Source of the DNA: Lama guanicoe
Taxonomy: Eukaryota
Assembly: GCA_013239625.1 (NCBI GenBank)
Contig: MU057356.1
Span: 13,208,325-13,272,324 of the forward strand
Direction of reading: 5' to 3'
Length of the DNA stretch: 64,000 nt
Below are positions 39,901-53,080 of this stretch, one piece after another. Position numbers and translations under genes: made by a program. Under the pieces are notes generated by a model. It was given only the letters and a program-made list of their open reading frames with translations, made no database searches and had not been told where the DNA came from. How positions within the stretch are numbered: the first letter of the stretch is position 1; each line of letters starts with the position of its first letter.

Positions 39901-42900
39901 TTTGATGTGTAAGACCTCTTATGAGCCTTTCAAATATGGCTTCTAAGCATTTTTCCTTTGAACCAGAAAGTCACTTTTTTTTCCCCCTGAAGCAAATGGA
40001 ATTCAACTCTCAAAAGGCTTAGTTTGGTTAAAAAAATTGTCAGACTCACACAGTCTGACAAAACATGTTCTCTCGCTTAAATGGATTAACTCATGCAGTA
40101 GGCACTAGGAATTAAAGGGCAGTTCATATCATTAGGCAAAGATTCACTTAAAATGGCTACAGTGTTAATGAAATCTTTTAATTTAGCAATGCCCTCAGAT
40201 AAAATAACATTAAATACACTCACGTGAATGGGCGTAGGTACTGCTGCAGGAAAATGCAAAGGAATTAAACATTTTTATCTGAAAAGTTCACATGAGTCTT
40301 TATAGTGTGTGTGCAGACGGTTTTAAGTATTATCTCCCTGATTTCTCCCCAACTCAGTGTTGTACACAGGAGGTTCATAGATTGGCATCATCCAATATTG
40401 CTTCACCTTTTGGATAGGAATCCTAGAAGCAGAGATTACTACAGTAAAATATAATGACAGACCCGGAGCACAAACATAGACAAGTGTCCCAGGTGTATCA
40501 TGTTTCATTATGTTTACATAGTCCAAGTATGTATGAGTATTCCTTCCTAGTCTTACAAGTACATTTTTGCTTTCTATCTAATAGCCAGTTAGTTTGAAAT
40601 ATCCACATTTTCAAATTCATTGTGTCATAATTGCCTGACTTTTCACCTATTTACTGTAACGGAATTTTGTTTAGAGTCTTCCTGTCAACACACACGTTAC
40701 AGAAAAAAAACAAACAAACAACTCTTGGAGTTTCCTTTAATTATTTTCTCTGTCTCCAACATCCAAGAATCATTAGGTATACCCTTGTGCTTTCGTCTAC
40801 TGTTTATACCCAAATTGCCCCCTCAATTCAGGTGCACAGTAATGCATCATCCCTTTCTAACTTCTGGTTAATAATTACTAATATAGACTATTTAGCATCT
40901 TGAAGGATAATTTTAATTTGTAGACAAGAATTTATAGAGGATTGTGCGTCATCATCACTGAATTAAGGGTAGTTATATACTCTCAATGATACTATAGCCA
41001 AATCATTGATCCCACTGAGAGCTTAAAAATCATCTAAATACTGTAAATTGCTATTGCCAGGCAGCTTTCTTTTAGTCTTCTTCCAGAGCAGTTTTGGTTG
41101 GAAATAACATGAAAACCAAGGCAGTCTGAACATATATAAAGACAAATGCAAACCTCATAGAATTCAAAATGCTTTTCTGCAAAAGCAGGTTTGTATAACT
41201 TCCGAACATTTTCAATATACTAGTTATAACAGAACCTGTTTCATAGGTTAAATTCTGAAACATTTTCATAGAGGTAATATCCATGATTTCAGTTTACACA
41301 CAGATATTTTAAAATGAAAAATCCCCCAAGTTTATGACTGTCGTTATCATTGAAACATTGGATGCTTGTTGCATCCATGTATTTTTCTGTGGGCAGATTC
41401 AGAGATTTTGGGCAATATGTGTACCCTGCCTTCAGTGAGTTTATAATTGGATTATAATCCATTCTCCAGAATCCATATAAAGGACTATAGAGACATATTT
41501 TTCAGTTTTATCTTTCAGTGTTCATTGCTTGGCTTTTGAAATGAAGTTTTAAAAATTATTGCCAAAACCCTCAAAACAAGTCCTCTTCTTTGATGTAGGG
41601 ATGACCTTGGCATATCTCTCAATGAAAGGACTTACTCCAAGTGAGAGCACTTTTAAAGACTTTACTACCACTCCCACCTCCGCCTCCTGGACTTTGATCT
41701 TTCGTTTTCAGGCAGCATCAACAGAGCAAGATGAAGTGGCTCTGGAAGTTTTTGTCACATGTCAGAAGGACATTTAAATAGAGCAGTACACGTGTATTTT
41801 GTAGCCTTATTCCCTGATGAGCCATAACAAAGAGCTAAAGTATACTTTCCACTGGTGGCAAATTGCTATTGGGAACCACTCCAGGTCACTTGTGGATGAA
41901 AAACAGAGCAGTTAGGATCAATTTGCTTATAGGCTGTAGTTCAAAGTATTATCTAAGTACAGGGTAGTACTAAGTGATTACTTCTTGTAGATCGAGTGTT
42001 ATTGCAGTTAGAATTCAGATGAACAAGATCTTTGGGAGAGGCTGGAGAGAGAGAGAGGAAGACGAGAGAGAATGAGAACAGAGGGGAGAGGAAGTAAGGG
42101 GAAGGAAAGGAAGAGGGGAAAAGGAAACCTTGCAGCACTTGATAGTGAAGAGAAAACATTTTTTTTAGCTTTCATAATGATTTCATAGATGTCTGCCTAT
42201 TAATTTGAGTTGTCGTTATATTTAAATGGGATGAGAAAATTACCAAAATAGGATTTAAATCATTTATTCGTGTTGCAAATATCAGTGGTCTCTTGTCTCT
42301 TAGCAAGTACCAGAAATTGAATTATTCTGCTTTCAACTGGTTAATAATCTTGCTTGTTAATAGAAATAATTAATCCAGACCAGAATTCTACCTTCTAATT
42401 TTGCTATACAAAGTATAAGTAAGATTTCACAAGAACAAAACAATCACACAAATTGACTTGAATGATGTGAGAGCCGTGTTTGCCAAATGTACATTTGGTG
42501 CAGCAGGTATCAGGCTTCTGTTATGTTGTCCTTTCTCTGAACTCAGGGGTAGGCTGGGGGAATGTTATTGGAACCGCATGCTTTCATTCAGGTCAGCAGT
42601 GTTCTTCAGAAGACATAATAGGGTCTCTATGATTTCTTTCAGGTTGCAAGTCAGCTGTCCTATGGTGAAGAATCATCCATATGTTTTGGTGGGTTTATGT
42701 TTAAAAACCCTTTCAAGGACTTGTTTGTCATTGTTTTAGGTGTAAGAGTGTAATATCCCAAAACACAACATGCTAAAGTTTCCTTTACAGTGGAAATATT
42801 TCTGGATACAATTAGGTTGTCGAATTTTCATAGCATAATGCTTTTCATTTTTTCATGGAAAAGGACAAATATTTTAAATATTTTGGTGTCTGTTTTAACC

Positions 42901-45900
42901 AAGAGAAAACTCCTCTAAAAGTGAGAGGGCAGTTTGATGTCCAAAATTGAAAGGGCAAATTACTGCTTTATCACATAAGTGGCTTTTGTAGGTTGGAAGT
43001 GAAAAATATTTTTAATTTAAAAGTGAATTTGGAGATCTGAGCATGCTCACTGTACATCACTTTAAAATTATTAGTTTGATTTAATAGAGGGAATATTCTC
43101 AGGCTGAGGAGTACTTCACTTTGCACGGTATAAGCTCAGATGTTAGAACCCGAACANNNNNNNNNNNNNNNNNNNNNNNNNNNNNNNNNNNNNNNNNNNN
43201 NNNNNNNNNNNNNNNNNNNNNNNNNNNNNNNNNNNNNNNNNNNNNNNNNNNNNNNNNNNNNNNNNNNNNNNNNNNNNNNNNNNNNNNNNNNNNNNNNNNN
43301 NNNNNNNNNNNNNNNNNNNNNNNNNNNNAAGTTTTTTAATAAGAGCTTTAATTTAGAAGTGAGTTGAGCAATACTCCAGTATAACTTCAAGAAATTATTA
43401 AACTGATATAAAAATTTATCCTCTGGAAAGAAAATTACATTATGTATAAAAAGGTGAGGCTCCAAATGAATATATATGAGGATGAAGGTACCAAATGCTC
43501 AGGAACAATCAGTACATGAAATGAGATAATCGGGTCCTGGATGGGGGTTTGTTTGGTTAATTTTGCTCACTTCTTGCCTGAGGCTATAGTTCTTGAAAAT
43601 CTAACAGGTGTTTCAGTTCCTTTAAGGTGAAAAGTTACATTTAGAGGACTTTATTTTCCATTCTCAGTATTTTCAAAGATACTAGGAAATTTCATCTGAA
43701 ATTATGGGAAAATGGTATTGTTAGATGAAAGGAGTTTACCTTAGAAAAAGAAGGAGGAGAAGGGAGATGAAAAAGAAGGAGGAAGAGAGGGGAAGGGAAA
43801 AGGGGAAGGGAGGGACTGGTGGGAGAGAGTATTTTATTGAAGAGGTTTTCCCCCACTTGTCAGTAAGGTAGTTTCTGGACATTTCTGACTACTTAATTTC
43901 TCACTTTTCAAAGGTAAACATGGCATGTTTTAAATTGTACTCACAGATGAATGAAATTGTTTTCATTAACAAGAGAGCTCCTTTCACAAACCAATGGTTC
44001 TCTTCACACAAGAGGATCATACAGATTTTATTTTTGGACTATACTATTAGTATTACAGTATACTTGTTGATTTGACTTTAAACAGGTTACTGTCCTACAC
44101 AGATGTAGCATTATCCTATGTATTTGGGGGATTAAATGTCTTGAGATGTGCCAGCTGCCAGCAACTTGTTTTCCATGTCTTCTCTAGCTAATTTTCAATG
44201 CTGTTCAGGGCAACAAGGCAGTGGGCTTTGATTGAGTCACTTGGTTTGTCTGACTGCACGACTCAATGTATCTGGAATATCAAACTGTTTGATAGAAACA
44301 CGAGGCCTCTTGTGTTTTTAACTAGAATTTTATAATGTCTTTGATTGATAACACTTAATTGAAATACAGAAAAAATAATGGTATTCTTTTGTCAAATTGT
44401 TGAAGGTTTGGGATTAATAATATATTGTGACTCTTTGTACATTTCCAAATTTTTTGAAACCCTACAGCCTTACTTCTAAGGAAAAGGCATTTACATTTTA
44501 CTAAATTGAAGATGAAATAAAGGTAAATCAACTGAATGTTTCAGCGGCTCATGTTTCAGTATGGGAGATTATATACATCATTGGGTTCTAAGGTATAATA
44601 AATGGGTGAATGTTAGTTATTATTACCCACGTTGCTATAAATATTACTGTGCATCAAAACATTTGAAATTGTTCTCATCTTCACTTTTGATTTAGGTAAA
44701 TATTCTTAAAAGTAACTATCTTCCTATATTTTTTAAATATAGAAGATTAACCTCTGTAACTGCAGGAAAACAAGGCTTTCTCAAATGGAATACATATACA
44801 AAGTAAAGGAGAGAAGGATGGATGTGAGATCTTGAAGAGAAAGGGACTTTTTTAAAAGACAATTTATCATTTATCCTTTATCACCATTTTCTAGAACTTT
44901 TCTAGCATTGCTAAAATAAATTGCATTCTGTGTCCCCAGTGAACACTTATTAGTGGCCTGGAAATATGGGCTACTTCCCATATCATGAGGCCTCATAGAA
45001 AGGAGTTGTCTGGTTTCATGAAAGTCATTAGTTTGCTTTCACTGCCAGAGTCTGGTTATAATTTCAGGATAGAATTATCTCATTGTTTTCTGCCTGACAT
45101 GATTTGTTTTGAATTCTCAAATCTCCACAGACACTCATTTAAAAAACTTCCACAGTGACTGGTTCTTCCTGGGGAAATGGAGGCCATGGGGAGGGAAGGA
45201 CAGGATTTTCTTTCTTTTTCTGAGTCAATTCTGGGCAGTGAATAAGATGTGTTTTTCTTACAGTTGTCAATGAGACTTTCCCTTTAACTGCCTGGCTTAT
45301 TAATCATATGCATTGCCCTAAGATATTGCCCCAAAGATCAATACTCTGATTTCCTTTCCATTTGCCTAGACCAAGATAATTAGGCTCTTTACTTTGTTTT
45401 GTATATAATGAAGGGGGCAACTAGTGCTAGTAGGGAAAAAAAGGCTATCTCCCTGTGGTAAACGTATTGACATTTACAGACACTGGCAGAGCACAACATG
45501 GGGAGAGTAATGAGAAATTTGACTGCTTTCCCCTCTTTCTTTGCTTCCTGTTTTAGAGCTGCTGCATCCCACAGTGAATTACTAGCTACAAAGAGAAGGG
45601 ACTGCTTAGGGACTGACAATTGAGACCATTTACAATTAGCTGAATTGATTAACCTTTACAAATGCTGTTACTTTATGAGGTGTTTTTCTCAGCCCTGGTT
45701 GAACAGTATGCGTTATTGATTCAACACACTCCTGTATGGAAGCCCTGATTTGTCTGTGACTCCACCAGTCATAATGCCTGCCTTGGTAATCATTTCTGCA
45801 CGTCCTTGGGAAAACTTGACACGGAAGCATGCTTGGCATTATGTAAATGGGGTCCACGTCTCCCTCTTGGATGGGTGTACACCTAGCAGAAGCCAGAATG

Positions 45901-46098
45901 CAGACTTGCCTCCCTGCATCCCCATCACCAGGCACAGCCACAAAGGATGCCAGTCTCCGTGCCAGCATCTCACTGCTGCCCAGTTCCCAGCCTCATTCCC
46001 AATAAGCAGCTTGTAGGAGGAAAAGAGCCACAGACACTTCTGAGGTTTCCAATTCCTCTGTGTTCCCTGGTTTTTATTTAGTTTTTCTGAAATAATTT

Positions 46099-46102
<4 letters not shown>

Positions 46103-46129
<27 letters not shown>
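46103..46129. repeat. (TG)n microsatellite
   Basis: Read directly. Confidence 0.95.
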
Positions 46130-48592
46130 AAAGGAAGGAGGTGGTGGGAAATTGTCCAAAAACTTGAATTGTATTTAGCTTAATTTTTTTTTTTTTTAAG
46201 ATTGTAGACTGACTCTGAGTGCCACTTTGGCTAGTGAATCCAAAATTTATGATGGACAACATTTTCTTTTAATCAGTTTCATTCAAAAAGCTCTGTGCTT
46301 AGAAATAATAAATATCACCTAGAAATGGCTGCTTCCCATCCCTCATGCTCCATAGTATACTATGTGAATACAAAATAAATACGCTTTGGTTTCCCCCCTT
46401 TCTTGCTTCCATCTCTTGCCACTTTCTTCCTTTTATCCTTCCTTTATTCTTCATTTCAAGGTGTACATTTTTGTGATCTTAAAGATAAAAGGACTGAAAG
46501 CTTGAAATTCTACAGAATAAATCCATCAGCTGTTCCATCAGCATTTCTGAAGTGCATTCTGCACCCAAGATCAGTGATGTGGTGTACTGGGTGCAGTGCA
46601 AAATGAAGATGTTGGGCCCTTGTTCATAAATTATTAAAATTTCCAAACAGTAACAGCAGAGCATTAATCCCCAAATCAGCTCTTCTAAGTGTGAAGCTTG
46701 TGTGGCTGTACAGGTCACATACCCATGAGATAGGCCCTGCCCTCATTTTTGACACTGTTGTTTGTGAAAAGCTTGAGAGAGGCCTGGGCCTGGGATGGTG
46801 ATACTTGTTTTTTCTTTCCTGACTTGAAGTTAAACATCCCTGTTGTGAGACTGGTTTATTCCGGATCATGCTGAGTTGCATATGCTTGTTTACCATCTGA
46901 ACTGCTGCTTAGTTGGGTCTGAACCTAGAGCGCCACCCTTCTGCTCCTCTTCTGCATAGCAGATCCCAGTGACTTGAAGCACTTTTATCCACGCCAGAAT
47001 TCTGAGATTGGAGTGTTTATCCCTTTGTGCATCCAGTAATGGCTGAAAAAAGTTTGTTTTGCTTTATGTGACTAAAGTGAATATTTGGCTTGATGCACAT
47101 GCAAATACGTGTGCATTTATTCTTGTATAATACATATACATATTCAAATGTACAGGACTTTTTCCATACATATATGTGCATAACCGAATTGAGTTTATGG
47201 CATTCCAAGACACAGATGAACAATGATGGAAGACAGCCATTTTTTTCTTAATGAAGAATTGATGCATTTTTAAAGAAAAAAAANNNNNNNNNNNNNNNNN
47301 NNNNNNNNNNNNNNNNNNNNNNNNNNNNNNNNNNNNNNNNNNNNNNNNNNNNNNNNNNNNNNNNNNNNNNNNNNNNNNNNNNNNNNNNNNNNNNNNNNNN
47401 NNNNNNNNNNNNNNNNNNNNNNNNNNNNNNNNNNNNNNNNNNNNNNNNNNNNNNNNNNNNNNNNNNNNNNNNNNNNNNNNNNNNNNNNNNNNNNNNNNNN
47501 NNNNNNNNNNNNNNNNNNNNNNNNNNNNNNNNNNNAAAAAACCTGTGAAATTTATTTCTTTATGTGCTTGCAAAACAAAGGGGATGTTTCAATTTATATA
47601 CTGATGTGTTTGAATTTCTCTTGCCTTTTAAAAATTCCTACTTCATTTTAATTACCAGCAGATTCTAAAGTGTCATTAAATAAGTATGAATTCTGTTGCA
47701 GTTACACACGCTTTATGGCCAATACAATGTCTTCCCTTTATGGGATGCATTATTTAGTAATGTTACATTAAGACAATAACTTCAATCATTGTGCCTTCAA
47801 ATGGCAATAAGCATGGTAATAGCTTTGCTGAGCTGCTTCCTGACTTTTCTATCACTGTGTTTTCCCTTTAATATTAGAGCATTGTTTGTATTTCTATGCA
47901 GAGTGTGTTTTCCCCACTTTCTGTTTTCTGAGAGTGGGGGCACTTTTGCAGTAGGACAAAGCATCAAAGTCCATCTAAAAGGCTAAATTCTCTCAATCCA
48001 GTGCCAAGGTTAACCATGAACTGCTAATGTTTGTCCCCCCCCAACAATATTTGATTTAAGCAAGCATATCATTTCCTTCTAGGAGGAAGAGATGCGTGTT
48101 AGTCACTCCTTAGAGCTAGCAACAAACAGTCCAATATTGTGTTAAGTATGGGTTTTGACAAACTTAGCTTGAAAGAACTCACTGGAGAATAAGTGAAAAA
48201 ACAAATATGGAAAAACAGTAACATAAGCAAAGGAAACCTATTTGGTGTATTCTGCCTGGGAAAGAGAGGTCTGATAGGTGATTTAAAAACTAACCCTCTT
48301 ATGTGAAAAATCTTAGATGATTCTGATGTTCATAGTCTTAGGGAAGTCAGCATCACAGTTACGGTTTCCCCTTGAGTCTATATGCTGCTATTATGTTGCC
48401 AAAAACTGTATCATCTGTATCCTTAATCTCTGCTCTCTAAAGAGCAACCTCCCAGGGTCAATTCTAAATTAAATGTAGAGGAGTGTAAGGCTGAATTGAA
48501 ACATACACTCACATTTCTGTAAAACAAATACAAATGCCCAAGTGCATTGGTCATATTGTGAACACAAAGGATAGAATTTCTCAGGGAGGCAG

Positions 48593-49605
48593 CCTTTCTG
48601 TGGTACCCAGGGAGGGTTCCAAATGGCATTCTCCTGGATTTCGTTCATAATTTAAAGGGTTCCCAATGTCCAGAGCCCCTGATGTCCTGCAGAAGAAGGA
48701 GGTGGATGTCCTCACATTCCTTGCAGCAGGAACCCACGTGGGTGGCACCAATCTTGACTTCCAAATGGAGCTGTTCACTTACAAAAGGAAAAGCAATGGC
48801 ATGTACACCATAAAGCTTCTGAAGACCTGGGGGAAGCTTTTGCTTCTGGCTTGTGCCATTGTTGCTGTTGAAAACCTGGCTACTGTCTCATGTCATACCT
48901 TCCAGGGATACAGCCAGCAAGCTGTGCTAAAGTTTGTTGCTACCACTGGAGCCGCTCCTATTGCTGGCTGCTCTGGTCCTGGAACCTTCACTAACCAGAT
49001 CCAGGCAGCCTTCCTGGAGCCACTACCAGCTCTGGTGGTTACTGATCCCAGGGCTGACCCCAGCCCCTCACAGGGGTGTTTCATGTTAATCTGTGTACTA
49101 TCACTCTGAGTAACGTACTGGTGAGACTCCCTTCTGTACCGTGGGAAGATTGCCGTTTCCCACACGGCAGCAAGGGAGCTGTCTCGGCCGTCTGACGTGG
49201 GGGGTGGGCCTGCGAAGTACTGCGCCTGCGCGCTGGTTCCCGTGAGCACTCGCGCAAGGTCACAGTGGCTCTCCTTCCACAGTGTGAGGAACGGAAGACA
49301 TCTCTCCTGAAGAGACGAAAAAGGATGAGCAGGCCATTCCTGAAAAGGTGTGGGTCCGAAGGAACTTCAGGATGTATGAACTGCTCCAGCTCCTGAATTG
49401 ACGGCTCTTCATGCGAGCTCGCGGCGGGGTCTGCCGGCGCAGCTGCACTCGGGCCTAATTATCGGTTCGCCGCTGAAGACCGGAGCCAAGCCGGGCGCCG
49501 AGGCCTGCACTGTGAGCTCCAGCCGCCGAATCCGTAAGAACGACTGCTGAGTGGCCGCAAGCTGCTCTTCCTTAGGCGCTTAAACAGAAAATGAAACAGA
49601 GGATT
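48593..49605 (+). pseudogene. RPSA: Processed pseudogene of 40S ribosomal protein SA (laminin receptor)
   Basis: ORF 48666 [35 protein letters not shown]...[12 protein letters not shown]...LVVTDPRAD matches RPSA; intronless; RPSA-like 5'UTR from cctttc; frameshifts; parental stop position reads CAA (49558-49560); 3'UTR remnant gctgctcttccttaggcgcttaa. Confidence 0.97.
49110..49580. promoter_or_regulatory. CpG-island-like segment with promoter motifs inside the RPSA retrocopy
   Basis: ~38 CpG in ~470 bp (hand count); TGACGT 49193, GGGGTGGGC 49201, TGCGCCTGCGC 49221, ACGGAAG 49291. Confidence 0.6.
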
Positions 49606-49624
49606 AGGAATCATGTGACGAGTC

Positions 49625-50035
49625 CAGAGGTCATGAACTAGCAGGGTAGAGGATGGAACAGGCCTGCAGGTGTTTTATTGGTTTGTTTGTTGATTTATTT
49701 TAATGTGTTTAAAAGTTAATGCAGCAATTTTAAAATCAGGAGATTTTCAGGCGAAGGTTTGGATTTCAGCTTTTTGATGCTTCAGCTAGCAGTGGGCCTG
49801 CATTCCCACGTGGTCATCACAGTTGGGGACCCGCTGCCTTCAGGTGGGCTGGGGCTCTCCACGTTTCCACAGCTGCCCATCCTCCGTTGCCTCTTCCACT
49901 GGGCCTGTGTCAGCTGCTGTTCATCATGCTGCTTGCACTTTAGTTTTCTCCGACCCCCAAACTTTTCTTACTCAGCTGATTTCTGTATTAATGTCACCTG
50001 TCCAGCCCTTATAGACATTTATGTTTATGACCCTA
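49625..50035 (+). mobile_element. MER102-like hAT-Charlie element
   Basis: cagaggtcatgaact...aaaatcaggagattt...gggcctgcattcccacgtgg...tatgacccta. Confidence 0.7.
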
Positions 50036-52849
50036 ACTCCTCTTAGTATCCCCGTTTTTGAAATTGGAGGGATGAGTTAGGAGATGTATTTTCCAAATCT
50101 TAACAACCTGGATACTATTTTCTACTAATATTTGTATAAGACATTAGGGGAAAATGGATTAATTAGAATAAGGAGAGATTTAGGGTAGTCACGAGAAAGA
50201 ACTGCTAGAAGAAAATGTGAAAGAAACGTTTTTTTTTCCTGTTAGAGATTTTGAACTCTTGATTCTTAATTAAAGAAGGATAATTGCTTATATCTGTGCA
50301 ATGCTATAGTACTTTTGAAAGTGCTGTCTTATAAAAGAACTTGTATGAGCCCATTTTATGAGGCTGTTGTTTTAGAAAGGACATGGATGATGGGTGATAG
50401 TCCCATCTAGGATGAACTCCATTGTGGGTGTGTGTCTCGGGGGGTAAATTAAGGACTTTATCATGGTTTCTTTTGGCTGTATAATTCCATTTTTCATAAA
50501 GACTGTGATCTTTCCTAGAAGAGTAGTAAATACACTGCAAAGGACTGAAGCTATTAGAACATGTTGGCTGCTTACAAAGATGGTTTAGGTTCCCCCTTTT
50601 ATACTGATTTATGAGGCAGGTGGTATTAGCAATCATCCAGCTTATTACAACTATTTTCATTTCAGTATTGTAAATCTGAAGCACACCAAGATGTTTTCAA
50701 ATAGCTGGCGAGACTTGGGAAATTTCTGTCAATTCAGGTTTCAGATAAGCACCTGTGGTGTGTGTAGAAGTCATTTGGCAGATTTCCCTTTTCTCCATTT
50801 CTACCTTAGTTTGGATTTGCAGGGAGAACAATGTTGGGATGAGTATCCAAACGTGTAAGGATAGCGTGGTGCCTGAAAAAGACCTCTGGCCACACATTTC
50901 AGTAGCCTGGGTCCAGGGCTTGCCATTTACCCTTTGTGTGACCTTGACTCATCTATAAAAGAGGGGGATTACTACAGCAAAGCCTGGCTTCCTCTGTGAG
51001 CCCGACACACGGACCCCTGAATGGCACATTGAATGGCTTCTGTTCTCCTTCCCACAGCCGTGGTAACTGCTCACTCTCAAAACTGTTCAAGACAACTAGT
51101 GTGTTAAAGCTTCCCTGAAGGAGAAGTATTTGCTCACAATTGGTAAAAAGTTGTTTAGAGTCAACAGTCAATGATATTTGAGCTTCCAGGAAGTTGCTTG
51201 GAAGACAGCAGTGGCAGGTACAGCTAGACTCAAGAATAATCTGGAGCACAGCAATGAGATAGTGTATTTTTGGCTACCTTTTCCCTTTACATCTTCCCCT
51301 CTGGTAATGCTCATGTCTCTAATAGTCCAAAGTCCTTTGATCACCCATGTCTCACAACTATGTCCTCTTGAGCAAGTGCTTCTTCTCCAGATCCTAACCC
51401 ACTTGCTTTTTCCACCAAAATTTGGGTGTTGCAGTTTTGTGAAGCCCTAGTCCCTAAACAGATATAGTAGTTTACAAGTATGTGTTAAGGCAAACAATGA
51501 CTTACTATCTTGCCCCTCTGTTCCATTTGCATTCTAATCAGGGATATTCACAATCACAATACACAAACACATTATTGTCACTAAAGATAGAATTATAGAT
51601 ACCAAATGGTTAATTAGGAAAAGTATTTAGGGGCAGGGACAGCAGTCTTTGCAACAACCAGCAAAAGGCTGATGAAAGGGTAAGGCTGTAGGATAGCTCA
51701 GTATTCATGACATTCAAAAATTACCTTCTGAGGCCTCACAGGTACAAGCTTCTGGAGTAAGACCTTTTCATTGGAAAACTCTAGGTTTTTTTTTTTTTTA
51801 ATTGTGCATGCATAATACCAGCATCAGAAAATTTTATCAGTAGTAAAAGTTGTGACCTCTTTTGGAAAATTCTCTGCTGGATTTTTGGGGATGGAGGAGA
51901 AGGCAATCATTGCAGGACTGACTTTATAATGATAGACTATAATGTACTGAGTCTCATGGCGTTGAATGTTAGAAACGAAACCCAGTTATATGACAGAACA
52001 ATCACTATTACTAAACACTGGAAAAGGAAATGTGGCTGGTTGTGTGGTTTAGGAGCACATTTTTAGAGTAAACTTCTGTAAGATGAGCAAAATTTGCCCT
52101 GTTAAAAGCTAGTTACACTCTGAACATTAACATTCAGACTGTAGCATTTGACCTTCATTTTCGTGCTGTGTAATATTGGTAGTTATATTATTGGTAGTTA
52201 TCATTTGATATGATACTTTTAAAATTAGACCAGATAGCCAGCCAAAGTACTTATGACCTTTAATCAGGAGGTCAAGATGATTCTCTATGGGCAGACAAGG
52301 CACATTCTTTGGCCCCTAAAAGGGAATAATTGATCCAATTGTTCTGTTGTTGTTTTGCTTTAGTTTTAGGTGTTTCTTCTCCACCCTCCATCACTTCTTT
52401 GACTTACTTGTCTACTTGTATATAATGTCCAATAAAAGAAAATATAAAATACAGCTGTATTCTATTCAAGGAAAAAGGTCCTCTGGATGTGAAATGTTTT
52501 CCAGATAAAGGCCAAATATTACTGATTCTTTGTTCAGCTGTACTATTTTCTGTTTCATACTCAGTTCATTCTGTGCTTTTATCTTTCTGTGTTCCTGTGA
52601 CCTCTTAGGTAATACAGGCTTTTGATGTGTATTGTATAAAAGTGTGATGCCAAGTTGAATGAGCAAACTTATAACCAAACAGTGGCATTGGTAGAGCAGA
52701 CTTGCTGGTAACAAGGCTGTAGCAGGCCTGCCTTCTTAGAAAGGCTGGGTTAATTAAACATGGGGGTTTAGAACTTTATTTAATCTTTTTGCACTATGTT
52801 AATTTTTTAAAAGAAATGATTATTTTTTGCATGTCTGAAGAGGGATCTA

Positions 52850-53080
52850 TTATAATAATAATTTCTAATATTTGCATACATTTTAAAGTTAATTAACATT
52901 TTTACATATATTATTTCTCTTAGTCATCACCATAGCCCTATAACTTGAATATTATTGTCCCTATTTTGTGGATGAAAATCTGAGACTCAGAAATATTATG
53001 TCATTTTATTAATATTAAATATCCAGTAACTGATGAATCTAATACTTGACAATCATCTTCTGACTCCTAGCCTGGAATAC
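52850..53080 (-). mobile_element. MIR SINE
   Basis: tattattgtccctattttgtggatgaaaatctgagactcagaaa...tcttctgactcc. Confidence 0.75.

Larger units (their letters stand above)
18169..47535. other. Ten assembly gaps: 18169-18351, 19381-19522, 19566-19715, 21877-22185, 24261-24392, 25814-25950, 26805-26936, 27031-27234, 43157-43328, 47284-47535
   Basis: Runs of N; four lie inside young L1 copies. Confidence 0.99.

Noticed and set aside
41690-41790. Acceptor-like ttcgttttcag followed by a short frame
   Set aside because: Stop at 41777, no strong donor and no recognisable product.
43745-43830. Purine-rich/G-quadruplex-type tracts (also 23212-23235 and 42045-42130)
   Set aside because: Ordinary low-complexity sequence with nothing indicating function.
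48666-49560. Functional RPSA gene
   Set aside because: Intronless, multiple frameshifts, premature stop at 49109, lost native stop.
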